From positions 1 through 64,000 of IMG/VR virus record IMGVR_UViG_3300013005_004049: 64,000 nucleotides of DNA, one strand, 5' to 3'. Source of the stretch: an uncultured virus (IMG/VR IMGVR_UViG_3300013005_004049). Its lineage: Duplodnaviria > Heunggongvirae > Uroviricota > Caudoviricetes. The notes beneath the pieces were generated by a model, which searched no databases, was not told the DNA's origin, and saw only the letters and a list, made by a program, of their open reading frames with translations. This document shows positions 8,007-16,819 of this stretch, piece after piece (position 1 is the first letter of the stretch; every line of letters begins with the position of its first letter). A program made the position numbers and the translations under genes.

Positions 8007-9197
8007 CTATTGAGCAACAGTATTAATTATCATCGATTCATCAATGATTAAATCTTTAATGCCTTCTTTTTTCAGCTGAGTCATATTGAACAGCAAAGGC
8101 ATCATGGTTGTTTCTAAAACAGCTTTGAGTCCTCGAGCACCTATACCCATGGCATGAGCCTGTTGAGCAATAGCAAGTACTGCACTGTCATCAAACTGTA
8201 ATTCAATTCCGTCTGTTTGAAAAAAGAACTGCATCTGTGCCAGTAGACTATTTTTTGGTTCTAATAACACTCGCATTAGATCTTCTAAATTCAAACTATG
8301 CAATGGTACCGTGACTGGAAACCTTCCAACAAATTCTGGAATCATGCCATAGCGCATGAAATCTTCAGCTGTGGCGCTGTCTGTGTGATTGGTTGTTTGC
8401 AAGTTAGTAAACCCAATGCTGCTGCCGCGTAATCGTTTGGCAATAATACCATCAAGCCCGTCAAAGGCTCCGCCGGCCACAAACAATATATTACTTGTAT
8501 CAATTTCAACTGTTTCCAAAGCTGGATGCTTTTTATTTCCATTCATTGCAACACGACATTTTGTTCCTTCAACCATTTTAAGCAATGCCTGTTGTACACC
8601 TTCGCCCGACACATCTCTATGAAGACTAGCACTTTCACTTTTACGGCCAATTTTATCAATTTCATCAATAAACACAATGCCCTGCTCGCAGCGTTCTACA
8701 TCATTGTCTGCTTCAGATAGCAAACGGCCAACCAAGGTTTCCACATCCTCGCCAACATAGCCGGCTTGTGTGAGGCTGGTAGCATCTGCAATTACAAATG
8801 GCACATTCAAATATCGTGCAATTGTTTTGGCCAACAGAGTTTTGCCAGACCCAGTAGGACCATAAAATAACAGGTTACTTTTTTCAATTTCAATTTTAGG
8901 TTTGAAAAACACTCGTTTGTAGTGATTGACCACAGTAACGCACATGGCTATTTTGGCGGCGTCCTGCCCCACAATGTAGGTATCTAGAAATCGTTTGATT
9001 TTTACAGGATCAAGAGCTCGGCTGATTTTTTTATCAGACTTGATATTTTCAATGCGTTCTTTGTCAAGAATGTTGGCACACAGTTCAATGCATTCATTGC
9101 AAATTGCAGCTTCATTGGCCACAATCAGTTTGTCAACTTCACTGCGAGCCTTGCCGCAAAAATCGCAGCTCATGTGCTGCACTTGATTTTCAGCCAT
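8007..9197 (-). CDS. clpX: ClpX AAA+ unfoldase
   Basis: C4 zinc-binding domain (CDFCGK...CNEC), GPTGSGKT, GYVG pore loop, IDEIDK, RDVSGEGVQQALLK, IGF loop, GARGL. Confidence 0.95.
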   Translation of the reverse strand: MAENQVQHMSCDFCGKARSEVDKLIVANEAAICNECIELCANILDKERIENIKSDKKISRALDPVKIKRFLDTYIVGQDAAKIAMCVTVVNHYKRVFFKPKIEIEKSNLLFYGPTGSGKTLLAKTIARYLNVPFVIADATSLTQAGYVGEDVETLVGRLLSEADNDVERCEQGIVFIDEIDKIGRKSESASLHRDVSGEGVQQALLKMVEGTKCRVAMNGNKKHPALETVEIDTSNILFVAGGAFDGLDGIIAKRLRGSSIGFTNLQTTNHTDSATAEDFMRYGMIPEFVGRFPVTVPLHSLNLEDLMRVLLEPKNSLLAQMQFFFQTDGIELQFDDSAVLAIAQQAHAMGIGARGLKAVLETTMMPLLFNMTQLKKEGIKDLIIDESMIINTVAQ

Positions 9198-9552
9198 AAT
9201 TTTTGATAAAGAAGTCCATGGGTGACTCTATCTTTTGCTTGTTTGCCAAGAAAGACTTGTTTCCGTAGTAGTACACATTTGGTGCTTTGAGCAACTGTTT
9301 CTTTATGTGATCCACTGCGCTGTTTGCTGTGTTTAGAATAATTGTGTCAACACTGTTAATGGCCTGTACTAGCCAGATTTCATCCAACATGATGTCACTG
9401 TAGATGTAAACATTGAGATTCAAGGGTGCAGTTTTGCACCACAGAGCAAGGGTATCAATGTCATTCCAGTCTGCATCAATGATAAGCACTGACGGAAAGT
9501 CATCATCAACAAAGTCTGGTGGAGTTACAAAATTACTATAATGTTGTGTCAT
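9190..9552 (-). CDS. Hypothetical protein
   Basis: Packed ORF coupled to both neighbours. Confidence 0.6.
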   Translation of the reverse strand: MTQHYSNFVTPPDFVDDDFPSVLIIDADWNDIDTLALWCKTAPLNLNVYIYSDIMLDEIWLVQAINSVDTIILNTANSAVDHIKKQLLKAPNVYYYGNKSFLANKQKIESPMDFFIKNYG

Positions 9553-11476
9553 TGCGTTTGAGATGTTGTTCAATTTCATCTTTTTCAGTTTGACTTAGAT
9601 CATCCACATCAGTTTCACCTTTGCGAATGCTGTCAATCAAATGTTCGATATACGCTTGGTTGTAGGCCAATCTGTCATTGCCAGTTTTATCAATTTCAAT
9701 CCACTTGCTGTTGTTCCATTTGAACAGTCTGCTTGGCAAATAATCTACTCGTAGAAAAATGTCACCTTTTTGCGGACTGGCAGGAAATTCAATTCCAAAA
9801 TCTGCGTTCTCGTTGTGATCTGTGACTGGTGCTGTGTACTTGCTAAAATAGCGTTGTTCGTAACCTAGTTTTGGATCATAGTTTGTTTCTTCGCCTGCTA
9901 TGATTTGTTCTGGAGCAGGTGGCTCTGGGTCGGGCATTTGAACAACTATTTCTTCAGCCACTTCTTCCACCAGTACTGGAGGAGGCAGAGGAATCTGTGT
10001 CAATGCTGCATTTAATTTTTCGTTGCGTTCTTGTGCCAGTGCCACTGCTGCCTGCAAATCAGATTGCAAACTTTCAATGTATTGTTTTAACTGTGCCACT
10101 TCGGTGTCACTGTTGGTAAGCTGTATGCGCAGTTTGGCCGCTGTGTTATTGGCAGTGATTAGATCTTGTGCAAGTTGTGTTTTATCAGCAGTCAAGTCTT
10201 GATTGGTTGCTGTGGTAGCGTTTATGGCAATCTGCAGGTCGCTCTTGACCTGTTCGGCCTGTGCCAATTGAGCTTCAAGTTCTGCTCGGCGCTGTTCAGT
10301 TTCAGTGACTCTGGCCTCTACTTGCAAAAACTCTTGAGCAAGATTATCTAAAAATTCCTGTTGCTCGCGCACTTTGACTGCCAACTGTTCTTCAGATTCT
10401 GACACTGTTTTGGCTTGTTCTACCATGGCATCGACATCTATTGCAGAATCAATCTCAGCCAGTTTTTCATTGGCTTCTTGAGTCAGGCGTTCAGCTTCTT
10501 CTGCGTCCAGGGCCTTGGCAATCATCCGGCCGCGCCAGAAAAAGCGTTCAACTTCTTCAAGTTCTTTCTTCTCGCGTTCTTCCTCTGAAAGAGGATGTTC
10601 TTGTTCGGTTATTTCTGCTGGCTCTGGTGCCTGTACAGGACTTTTTTCTTTTGGTTCAAACACCGTGCGTTCAATTGGGCCTGGCCGGTCTTCTTCATCA
10701 TGTATCCAACCGCCGCGACCTTGCCTAGCCCATTCCAGTTGTTTGTTGCCTGCGAGAATGAGTGTGAGAGCCAACGGATCAAACACAATAACAATCAAGA
10801 TGATCACCCAGCGCACTGCGGCTTCCAGCATGTTCTGGCTGGCAGCATCTCCGTAGATCAGGGCCGCAATGTATTTGATAGGCCCAACTTCTGCCTCCAC
10901 TTTTCGGAATTCAGCTCGCAGTGGCGCGGCCTCTTGGCTAAGGGCAGTAATAGTTTTCTGTTCGGCCTGGATCTCAGACTGAAGTCTGACTCGTTCTTTC
11001 TGCTGTGAGCGACGGATTTGCACAGCCTTATCGGCACCTTTTTCATCACTGCTTCGGCCCATGACCTGGTCCACAGCTTCATCCATCTGTTTAAGAGCTT
11101 TACGATTGGCCTCAATATTGTCTTTGGAGATTTGAATTTTTTCATCATATATGGCAACCCGAGCCATGGCGTCACCTGACACTAGACTTTGGTCACCGTG
11201 TGCTTTGGAGAGGAATCCAAAGATGCCCATGCTTGTGAGTAGCATGAGGAATATGATAGCAGGAATGAGATACAGCTTGAATGCCATGCCGACCCGCTGC
11301 CAGTTGTTGTGCAACCAAACAGTTGCTACAATTTTACCTGCTTCTAGTGCACCGCCCATGATCATGACGGGAACAACTGCGGCTGCAAAAATGGCTGTGA
11401 GACCTACCACTGAATAGTAGGCAGCAATGGCTGAGATTAGTACAGCCACTATGAGAATTAGGTATCCAAAGATCAT
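9536..11476 (-). CDS. Membrane protein with N-terminal TM helices and long coiled coil
   Basis: About 3 N-terminal TM segments plus one at ~aa 225; E/Q/A-rich heptads; TAAATA just upstream. Confidence 0.7.
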   Translation of the reverse strand: MIFGYLILIVAVLISAIAAYYSVVGLTAIFAAAVVPVMIMGGALEAGKIVATVWLHNNWQRVGMAFKLYLIPAIIFLMLLTSMGIFGFLSKAHGDQSLVSGDAMARVAIYDEKIQISKDNIEANRKALKQMDEAVDQVMGRSSDEKGADKAVQIRRSQQKERVRLQSEIQAEQKTITALSQEAAPLRAEFRKVEAEVGPIKYIAALIYGDAASQNMLEAAVRWVIILIVIVFDPLALTLILAGNKQLEWARQGRGGWIHDEEDRPGPIERTVFEPKEKSPVQAPEPAEITEQEHPLSEEEREKKELEEVERFFWRGRMIAKALDAEEAERLTQEANEKLAEIDSAIDVDAMVEQAKTVSESEEQLAVKVREQQEFLDNLAQEFLQVEARVTETEQRRAELEAQLAQAEQVKSDLQIAINATTATNQDLTADKTQLAQDLITANNTAAKLRIQLTNSDTEVAQLKQYIESLQSDLQAAVALAQERNEKLNAALTQIPLPPPVLVEEVAEEIVVQMPDPEPPAPEQIIAGEETNYDPKLGYEQRYFSKYTAPVTDHNENADFGIEFPASPQKGDIFLRVDYLPSRLFKWNNSKWIEIDKTGNDRLAYNQAYIEHLIDSIRKGETDVDDLSQTEKDEIEQHLKRNDTTL

Positions 11477-11547
11477 ATGATATTTACCAAGGGTTTGGCA
11501 CTATATTACACGATTTATCAGGCTAGTGCAACTCAAACGGTAAATTA

Positions 11548-13011
11548 TCAAAACTCAATGGTGCGTATTTTTGTTGTGATTTGCCAATCAATGGTACTGG
11601 TGACTGCTGCGCCCGTGGGTGCTTCTAGTCGTAGCACCAGATCCTGGCTGCCGGCTGTGACATTAGCTTGAAGAAAAACCTTGCTGGCATTCACGGCGCC
11701 GGCTGGCCAATTGGTCGCATCTGAATTGTACGCAGTTTCCTGCAACACCTGATCCAACACAGTCCAATTGCCGGTGCTTGATGCATAGCTGATGGTGGCA
11801 ATCCATCTCTTGCGTAGGCGTTTGACCACTGGTGGATTTACCGCAGGATCTGTTACATAGACTCCTTGCACATGAAATTCCACATCTGATTGCTGATTGT
11901 TGGTGTAGGCCAGTGGAAAACCTCCCAGGGCTGAGTGATACGCAGTGAGACTGATGTTGGCTCTGTCACCGCCTGCAAAGCCGGCGTAAGTTTGAGTAAA
12001 TTTATGGGCCACAACCACTTCCCTGAAGGAGTCTAACTCTCCACCATATTCAGTCCACTGGGAAGTGATTGCTGGGCTGATTGTGTAGGTTCCGGTACTG
12101 CTGTCATTCATCACAGGGTCAAAAGATCGTCCAAGGCCTGTGGAAGAAATCCTTCCGGCCACGGACTGGTTATACCCGACGGTGGCTCCAAATGTACCTT
12201 GCGAATTGCTTCTAAGATTCAAAACCAGGGTGGTACTGCCGGATCTTGCTGTGTAATGAGTCATTTCAGTCTGCCCCACAACACCTGATCCAATTACCGA
12301 AATTCTTGCACGAGTACCTGCTGATCCGCCGCTGGCATCTTCTCCTGCAAAGTCTATGTTGCCATAAATCTCGCCACTGGTCACTGTGGTGTCAGGCGAA
12401 CGCACGAATTGTATGGTAGTTGTGTCCGTGCCAGTCATGATCAAATTGCCACTGGCATTGATGTTGCCTACAGAAATATTGCCTTCGCCTACAAAAACAT
12501 TACTGGCTATCACACCTCCATTGGCCAAGATATTGCCAGTGATATAATCAATATTTGATTGTATGGCTTGCACATTGCTGTAGGTGGCACTGATGTTGGC
12601 ATTGGCTGCACTGACATTGTTTTGTAAACTTATGATGTTGGCATTGGCCAAAGAGATGCTGATATTAGCGGCAGCTATGTTACTTTGTAAACTTGCAATG
12701 TTTAGGTTAGCTGCGGTTGTATTGGCATTGATGCTGGTGATAGTGGGATCAACAGGTAAGTAAGCAGCCACAACAACATTGCCATAACTGCCCGCCACAA
12801 TAATAGCAGATGTTAAGCCTGCGTCTACATAGGTTTTCATGCTGCTGTTTGCTGAAACAATGGCTGCATTGGCTGCATTGACATTGCCGATCATGTCGGT
12901 GGCAAAAGTGGCCAGGTTAAGTGCAGAGTTTCCAATGGCCAGTTGTCCATACACCGTGGTACTACCTATTACTCTCAAATTGCCTGCTACGCTGTAATCT
13001 TGTTGTGCCAT
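11548..13011 (-). CDS. Putative virion fibre/structural protein
   Basis: N/A/I/S-rich ANANI coiled repeats then G/T-rich beta region; downstream of a late TAAATA. Confidence 0.55.
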   Translation of the reverse strand: MAQQDYSVAGNLRVIGSTTVYGQLAIGNSALNLATFATDMIGNVNAANAAIVSANSSMKTYVDAGLTSAIIVAGSYGNVVVAAYLPVDPTITSINANTTAANLNIASLQSNIAAANISISLANANIISLQNNVSAANANISATYSNVQAIQSNIDYITGNILANGGVIASNVFVGEGNISVGNINASGNLIMTGTDTTTIQFVRSPDTTVTSGEIYGNIDFAGEDASGGSAGTRARISVIGSGVVGQTEMTHYTARSGSTTLVLNLRSNSQGTFGATVGYNQSVAGRISSTGLGRSFDPVMNDSSTGTYTISPAITSQWTEYGGELDSFREVVVAHKFTQTYAGFAGGDRANISLTAYHSALGGFPLAYTNNQQSDVEFHVQGVYVTDPAVNPPVVKRLRKRWIATISYASSTGNWTVLDQVLQETAYNSDATNWPAGAVNASKVFLQANVTAGSQDLVLRLEAPTGAAVTSTIDWQITTKIRTIEF

Positions 13012-13024
13012 TTTTGCAATCTGA

Positions 13025-13105
13025 TTAGTTCACTGTCACAGCAACATAACATCCTGCTGCCAAGGCTGTGAAACAAGTGTAGTCGAGGTGGAATGCAATA
13101 TTCAT
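13025..13105 (-). CDS. 26-aa hydrophobic peptide MNIAFHLDYTCFTALAAGCYVAVTVN
   Basis: Hand-translated; AGGA-N7-ATG directly after TAAATA 13129-13124. Confidence 0.4.
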   Translation of the reverse strand: MNIAFHLDYTCFTALAAGCYVAVTVN

Positions 13106-13129
13106 AATGTTGTCCTGTTTGGGTATTTA

Positions 13130-13786
13130 CTAAATTTTTTCGCCAATAAAAATGTGACTTTGTCTTTGTGATACCCAAGTATTGCTGTTAGTTGATCCGT
13201 AACCTGTGTTGATTGCTGAGCGTATACCCGCATCCAGTCCCGATGCATCATATACTACCAACACCGCAATGCGGTCACTGGCCACTGCACCCAACGCACT
13301 TGCTAGTGCGGCGCGGGCTCCTGGTGCTCCACCTGTATCCCATGTATCATACTGGGTAGGACCAGAAACGACATCACCGTATGAATCTAGCACTACCAAA
13401 GTATGTCCACGCAGGGCTGTATTTGCCACTGTAATATCGTTGACCACAATTCTGGCATTTTGATAACTGGGAACATCGTAGGTTGATGACTCGGCATAGA
13501 TCTTGTTACCACTCACATACTGTGTGGTTGATATTGCTACATTTGTGCCAAATGCTTCGTAGAATGTAAATGTGGATACTGTTTCAATCCACGGGCGTCC
13601 AACTACAAGTCCGCCTGCATTGGGATTGTTAATTATGGCATTGCTGTTAAACTGTGTGGGTAACAATGTCAAATCATAAGTTGCTCTAGGGTCGCCTACA
13701 GCGGCTCTGTTGGCAGCGGCCAGATCCAATTTGGCCTTTTGCCTAAGCTCTTTTGTTGCCAGTGTCGATATGCCGTTTGCAGCCAT
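13130..13786 (-). CDS. Virion-associated protein with an ILEI/PANDER-like C-terminal domain
   Basis: RGHTLVVLD...QYDTW...AVLVVYDA...HIFIG resembles ILEI; late promoter upstream. Confidence 0.5.
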   Translation of the reverse strand: MAANGISTLATKELRQKAKLDLAAANRAAVGDPRATYDLTLLPTQFNSNAIINNPNAGGLVVGRPWIETVSTFTFYEAFGTNVAISTTQYVSGNKIYAESSTYDVPSYQNARIVVNDITVANTALRGHTLVVLDSYGDVVSGPTQYDTWDTGGAPGARAALASALGAVASDRIAVLVVYDASGLDAGIRSAINTGYGSTNSNTWVSQRQSHIFIGEKI

Positions 13787-13818
13787 TATTTTATTCCCTG
13801 ATAAGAGTATTTATGGTG

Positions 13819-13847
13819 TTGACTGTTTGAACTGTTTATGTTATATT
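13819..13847 (+). promoter_or_regulatory. sigma70-type promoter TTGACT-17-TGnTATATT, leaderless
   Basis: ATG 13853 lies 5 nt after the -10; no RBS. Confidence 0.65.
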
Positions 13848-13852
13848 CAGGC

Positions 13853-14422
13853 ATGAACATCCAAACTTTGCCCACTCTGCTGGAATCAGCTGAAATCACC
13901 TGCCCAAGTTCGGGCAATCAACGAGCCTACGCTGATCTAATAGAAGAAAGTGCTTGTGCCATTGCGCAGAATCAATTTGCCGAACAGTATCGCAAGTCGC
14001 GTTCGGTCAAAAGCACCGAGGATTTTGCCTTGATTGAAAACGGGCGCACCATCTACATTGATGTAAAAACTCGTCAGCTGGGCACGGATCTAAACATGCC
14101 CAACATGATCAGTGTGGACAAGTTAAACAAACTGTTGGATGATGTTGACACAGAATTGTACTACTGGATGATTGACTATGAAGTGCGTGAGGATGGCTCT
14201 GCACAGGTCACGCATACCGAAATGCGAGCTGTATGGGACTTGCCCTGGTCGGCCCTGGCTATTCAAAACCTTGGGCTAGGGCAGTTGCAAATTGCCAATT
14301 GGTCTGCAATGAATCAACCCGGCTTGCCCAGGGCCGCATGGCATGCACAACTCAAACAGGAAATGCGGGCATTTTACACCCGTCAAGCTCAAAAGTTCCT
14401 GGATTTGGCCAGCAAAATCTAG
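13853..14422 (+). CDS. PD-(D/E)xK restriction-endonuclease-like nuclease
   Basis: TEDF...IYIDVKT catalytic-type motif, MPNMISVDKL, GLGQLQI. Confidence 0.55.
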   Translation: MNIQTLPTLLESAEITCPSSGNQRAYADLIEESACAIAQNQFAEQYRKSRSVKSTEDFALIENGRTIYIDVKTRQLGTDLNMPNMISVDKLNKLLDDVDTELYYWMIDYEVREDGSAQVTHTEMRAVWDLPWSALAIQNLGLGQLQIANWSAMNQPGLPRAAWHAQLKQEMRAFYTRQAQKFLDLASKI

Positions 14423-14527
14423 CACAAAAACTGTTGCAAAAAAGTAACACTTTTGTACTACTTTTAGCCCTGCAAAATCAACAGGTTAGTGGGCACTAAC
14501 TTAGCATTTTTGCAACAATTCAAACGG

Positions 14528-14556
14528 TTGACCGTTTTGGCCCGTTTTGCTATAAT
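14528..14556 (+). promoter_or_regulatory. Strong early sigma70-type promoter TTGACC-17-TGcTATAAT
   Basis: Near-consensus hexamers; ATG 14563 lies 6 nt after the -10. Confidence 0.8.
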
Positions 14557-14562
14557 AATGAC

Positions 14563-14889
14563 ATGAACTTACAAAAGCCCACTCGCAAAAGACGCCAGGA
14601 CACCAACCATGCTGTTTACTGTATTACCAATACAGTGACAGGTGCTCAGTACATTGGCATCACAGTATGCGGTGGCAATGTACGCAAGGCACTCAAAGTG
14701 CGCATCCAAAAACATGTTCGCCGCGCTGTTACAGAAAACAAAGATTGGGAATTGTGCAAGAGCATCCGTGAATACGGTACACTTGCACACACCTATGGAC
14801 TTGTTGAAATTGTGCGTGGCCGCAAGCCAGCTCATGCTCGTGAGCGCGAACTGATCCGTACTTACAACCCTCAACTCAACTCACACTAA
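14563..14889 (+). CDS. Stand-alone GIY-YIG nuclease domain protein
   Basis: VYCITNTVTGAQYIG...R...H...RERELI...PQLN. Confidence 0.75.
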   Translation: MNLQKPTRKRRQDTNHAVYCITNTVTGAQYIGITVCGGNVRKALKVRIQKHVRRAVTENKDWELCKSIREYGTLAHTYGLVEIVRGRKPAHARERELIRTYNPQLNSH

Positions 14890-14898
14890 GGAGGCAAT

Positions 14899-15132
14899 AT
14901 GATCACAATTGATCCACGAGCCATAGCAGAAAAGTTTATCCGCCACGGTGGTGCGTTTGATCGTGGCAGTGCAGACAGCTACTACCATCGTCCGGCCCGT
15001 CCGCATTACTTTGCAGGTGATACCTATGCAAGTGATCCTATCACTGCCGAGCCCGGCTCGCCTGAATACGAAGCCTACATGGCAGGCTATGAGTACAACG
15101 AAGCACACGGTGACAAAAAAGACTGGGGTTAA
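14899..15132 (+). CDS. Hypothetical phage protein
   Basis: AAGGAGG RBS; RHGGAFDRGSADSYY. Confidence 0.75.
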   Translation: MITIDPRAIAEKFIRHGGAFDRGSADSYYHRPARPHYFAGDTYASDPITAEPGSPEYEAYMAGYEYNEAHGDKKDWG

Positions 15133-15133
15133 C

Positions 15134-15334
15134 ATGTCCTACACTGTTTTCAAACACAATCAAGAATACGGCCCCCGCAAGGGGCTGGAAGGTCCGTTTC
15201 ATTTTGCCAATGGACGAGTGTTGTACTACGATGTCCGAGCAGGCGAGTACTAAGATCCCCGCACCGACTTTTATGTTGAGCGCGAGGAAGTGGACATGCT
15301 ACACTGCATGACTGTTGAACTACTAAGGGCTTGA
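15134..15334 (+). pseudogene. Small phage gene interrupted by an in-frame TAA (15251-15253)
   Basis: MSYTVF...RAGEY*DPRTDFYVEREEVDMLHCMTVELLRA; the frame continues to TGA 15334, 1 nt before the next ATG. Confidence 0.6.
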
Positions 15335-15335
15335 T

Positions 15336-15551
15336 ATGAACATTGAGATTCAAGGACTCACACCCAAACAAATGGCGCTGGCAGACATCATGTGGGCTAT
15401 CAGTAGCCGCGAAGGCGTGGAGAGCTTTATTAGCACACTGCCCCGATCGGATCAGCGTGACTGCCGTACCATAATTGAACTCATGCAATTGGCGTTCGCA
15501 GATGAGATCACGGATACCACAGAAGCACAAGAACTGCTATCACAGTTTTAA
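15336..15551 (+). CDS. Hypothetical protein
   Basis: Last ORF of the early island before the terminator. Confidence 0.7.
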   Translation: MNIEIQGLTPKQMALADIMWAISSREGVESFISTLPRSDQRDCRTIIELMQLAFADEITDTTEAQELLSQF

Positions 15552-15570
15552 CTGCACAACACAAAACAAC

Positions 15571-15594
15571 AAGCCCGCTTCGGCGGGCTTTTTT
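15571..15594 (+). terminator. Rho-independent terminator between convergent genes
   Basis: AAGCCCGC-TTCG-GCGGGCTTTTTT. Confidence 0.9.
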
Positions 15595-15598
15595 GTGA

Positions 15599-15838
15599 CT
15601 AGTGTATGGTGCCGTCTGTATCAAAGTCCAGCATGTTGATGTCTTTGATTCCTAATACCTTGAGAATCTTCTTTACCACTGGTGGGGGATTGAGATTGAA
15701 TTCGTTGGGCGTGAACATGTGTTTGAGTTCGCCGTCGGGCCCAATAATAAACCCGTAGTCGTTTTCGTCAGCAAGGTCTTCCAGTGCCTCAAGTTCTTCT
15801 ACTTCTACTTCTTGGTCTTTTTGAATTTTGTTGGTCAT
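15599..15838 (-). CDS. Small acidic hypothetical protein
   Basis: GGAGG RBS; TAAATA at 15870-15865. Confidence 0.65.
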   Translation of the reverse strand: MTNKIQKDQEVEVEELEALEDLADENDYGFIIGPDGELKHMFTPNEFNLNPPPVVKKILKVLGIKDINMLDFDTDGTIH

Positions 15839-16460
15839 GGTAGTCAGCCTCCAGCCGACACAAGTATTTACTAATCTGCTGCCTTAATTTTAACACAACA
15901 GATTGATCTGTGTCAAAAGCACTAGAGTACACACGCCACATCACTATGTTTTCAAGCTCAGGAGAATCAATGCTAAAGGTGCCATGCATGGCACTTAGTT
16001 CAGCAGCAATACTAAATCCATATGCTTCTATTTCTTCCCTAGTGCCTAGATATTCTTGCTCTTCTTTTTTGTGCGAACAATGTTCATGACTCGCATATTC
16101 ACGAATAGCACGATATTTTCTGCGCTTGGCCTGTTCTCGATGAACAAACTCATGACCCACACACTCAGCAACATCAAAACAAAGCCTACGCCACTGAGTC
16201 TGATCCAACACCAAGTGCTGTTGGTCTGGGTGATACAGTAGGTTCACCTCCACGCAAAGACCACGAGCTTGATCCTCATCTGGGTCGTAATTGCCACTCA
16301 CGCACACTTGTCCTGTTTCCACAAAACCGTGTCGTTGTGTGGTAACTTTTACCAATGGATTTTTTATCGACTGTCTAAAAACTGCTGTGAGTTGGCCAGG
16401 TGTGATTGACCCTTGATGTCTGGGTACTCTAGCTAGAGCATACATCAAGGGTACAAACAT
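15789..16460 (-). CDS. Putative zincin metallopeptidase
   Basis: GHEFVHREQ (HExxH) plus downstream EEIEAYG. Confidence 0.55.
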   Translation of the reverse strand: MFVPLMYALARVPRHQGSITPGQLTAVFRQSIKNPLVKVTTQRHGFVETGQVCVSGNYDPDEDQARGLCVEVNLLYHPDQQHLVLDQTQWRRLCFDVAECVGHEFVHREQAKRRKYRAIREYASHEHCSHKKEEQEYLGTREEIEAYGFSIAAELSAMHGTFSIDSPELENIVMWRVYSSAFDTDQSVVLKLRQQISKYLCRLEADYHDQQNSKRPRSRSRRT

Positions 16461-16461
16461 A

Positions 16462-16803
16462 TTATTTGAAGATCATTAACGCCATGAGCACTGCTTGAAT
16501 TGCAAACCCTAAACCAATGGTAATAATGTTCAGGCCATCTTTGAGAATGGTGGCTCTAGCAAACAGCAACAGCAAACCACCCCACATGAACAACACCATG
16601 TCCACGGGTGGCATGCGATCGCTCAGGCCTGCGGCTGTGGCAATCAAGGTGGGAATAGTTGCTAGGTGGATCAGTATGGCTGCAAACCAACCCAGTGTGT
16701 CTGCGCTTAATCGAGCAAAGTTTTCGCTGAACCAGCGTTGGATCCAGCTACGGAATCCGTCGTAGTCAATGTGACCTTGTTCATCTTTGATTTTGAAGTT
16801 CAT
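16462..16803 (-). CDS. Small multi-pass membrane protein
   Basis: 3 or more hydrophobic segments; directly downstream of the cell-wall hydrolase. Confidence 0.65.
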   Translation of the reverse strand: MNFKIKDEQGHIDYDGFRSWIQRWFSENFARLSADTLGWFAAILIHLATIPTLIATAAGLSDRMPPVDMVLFMWGGLLLLFARATILKDGLNIITIGLGFAIQAVLMALMIFK

Positions 16804-16819
16804 TTTTGTCCTCGGTTGA

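Noticed and set aside
14948..15253. 101-aa ORF as listed in the track
   Set aside because: Its first 62 codons overlap the RBS-supported gene 14899-15132; the real start is more likely ATG 15134
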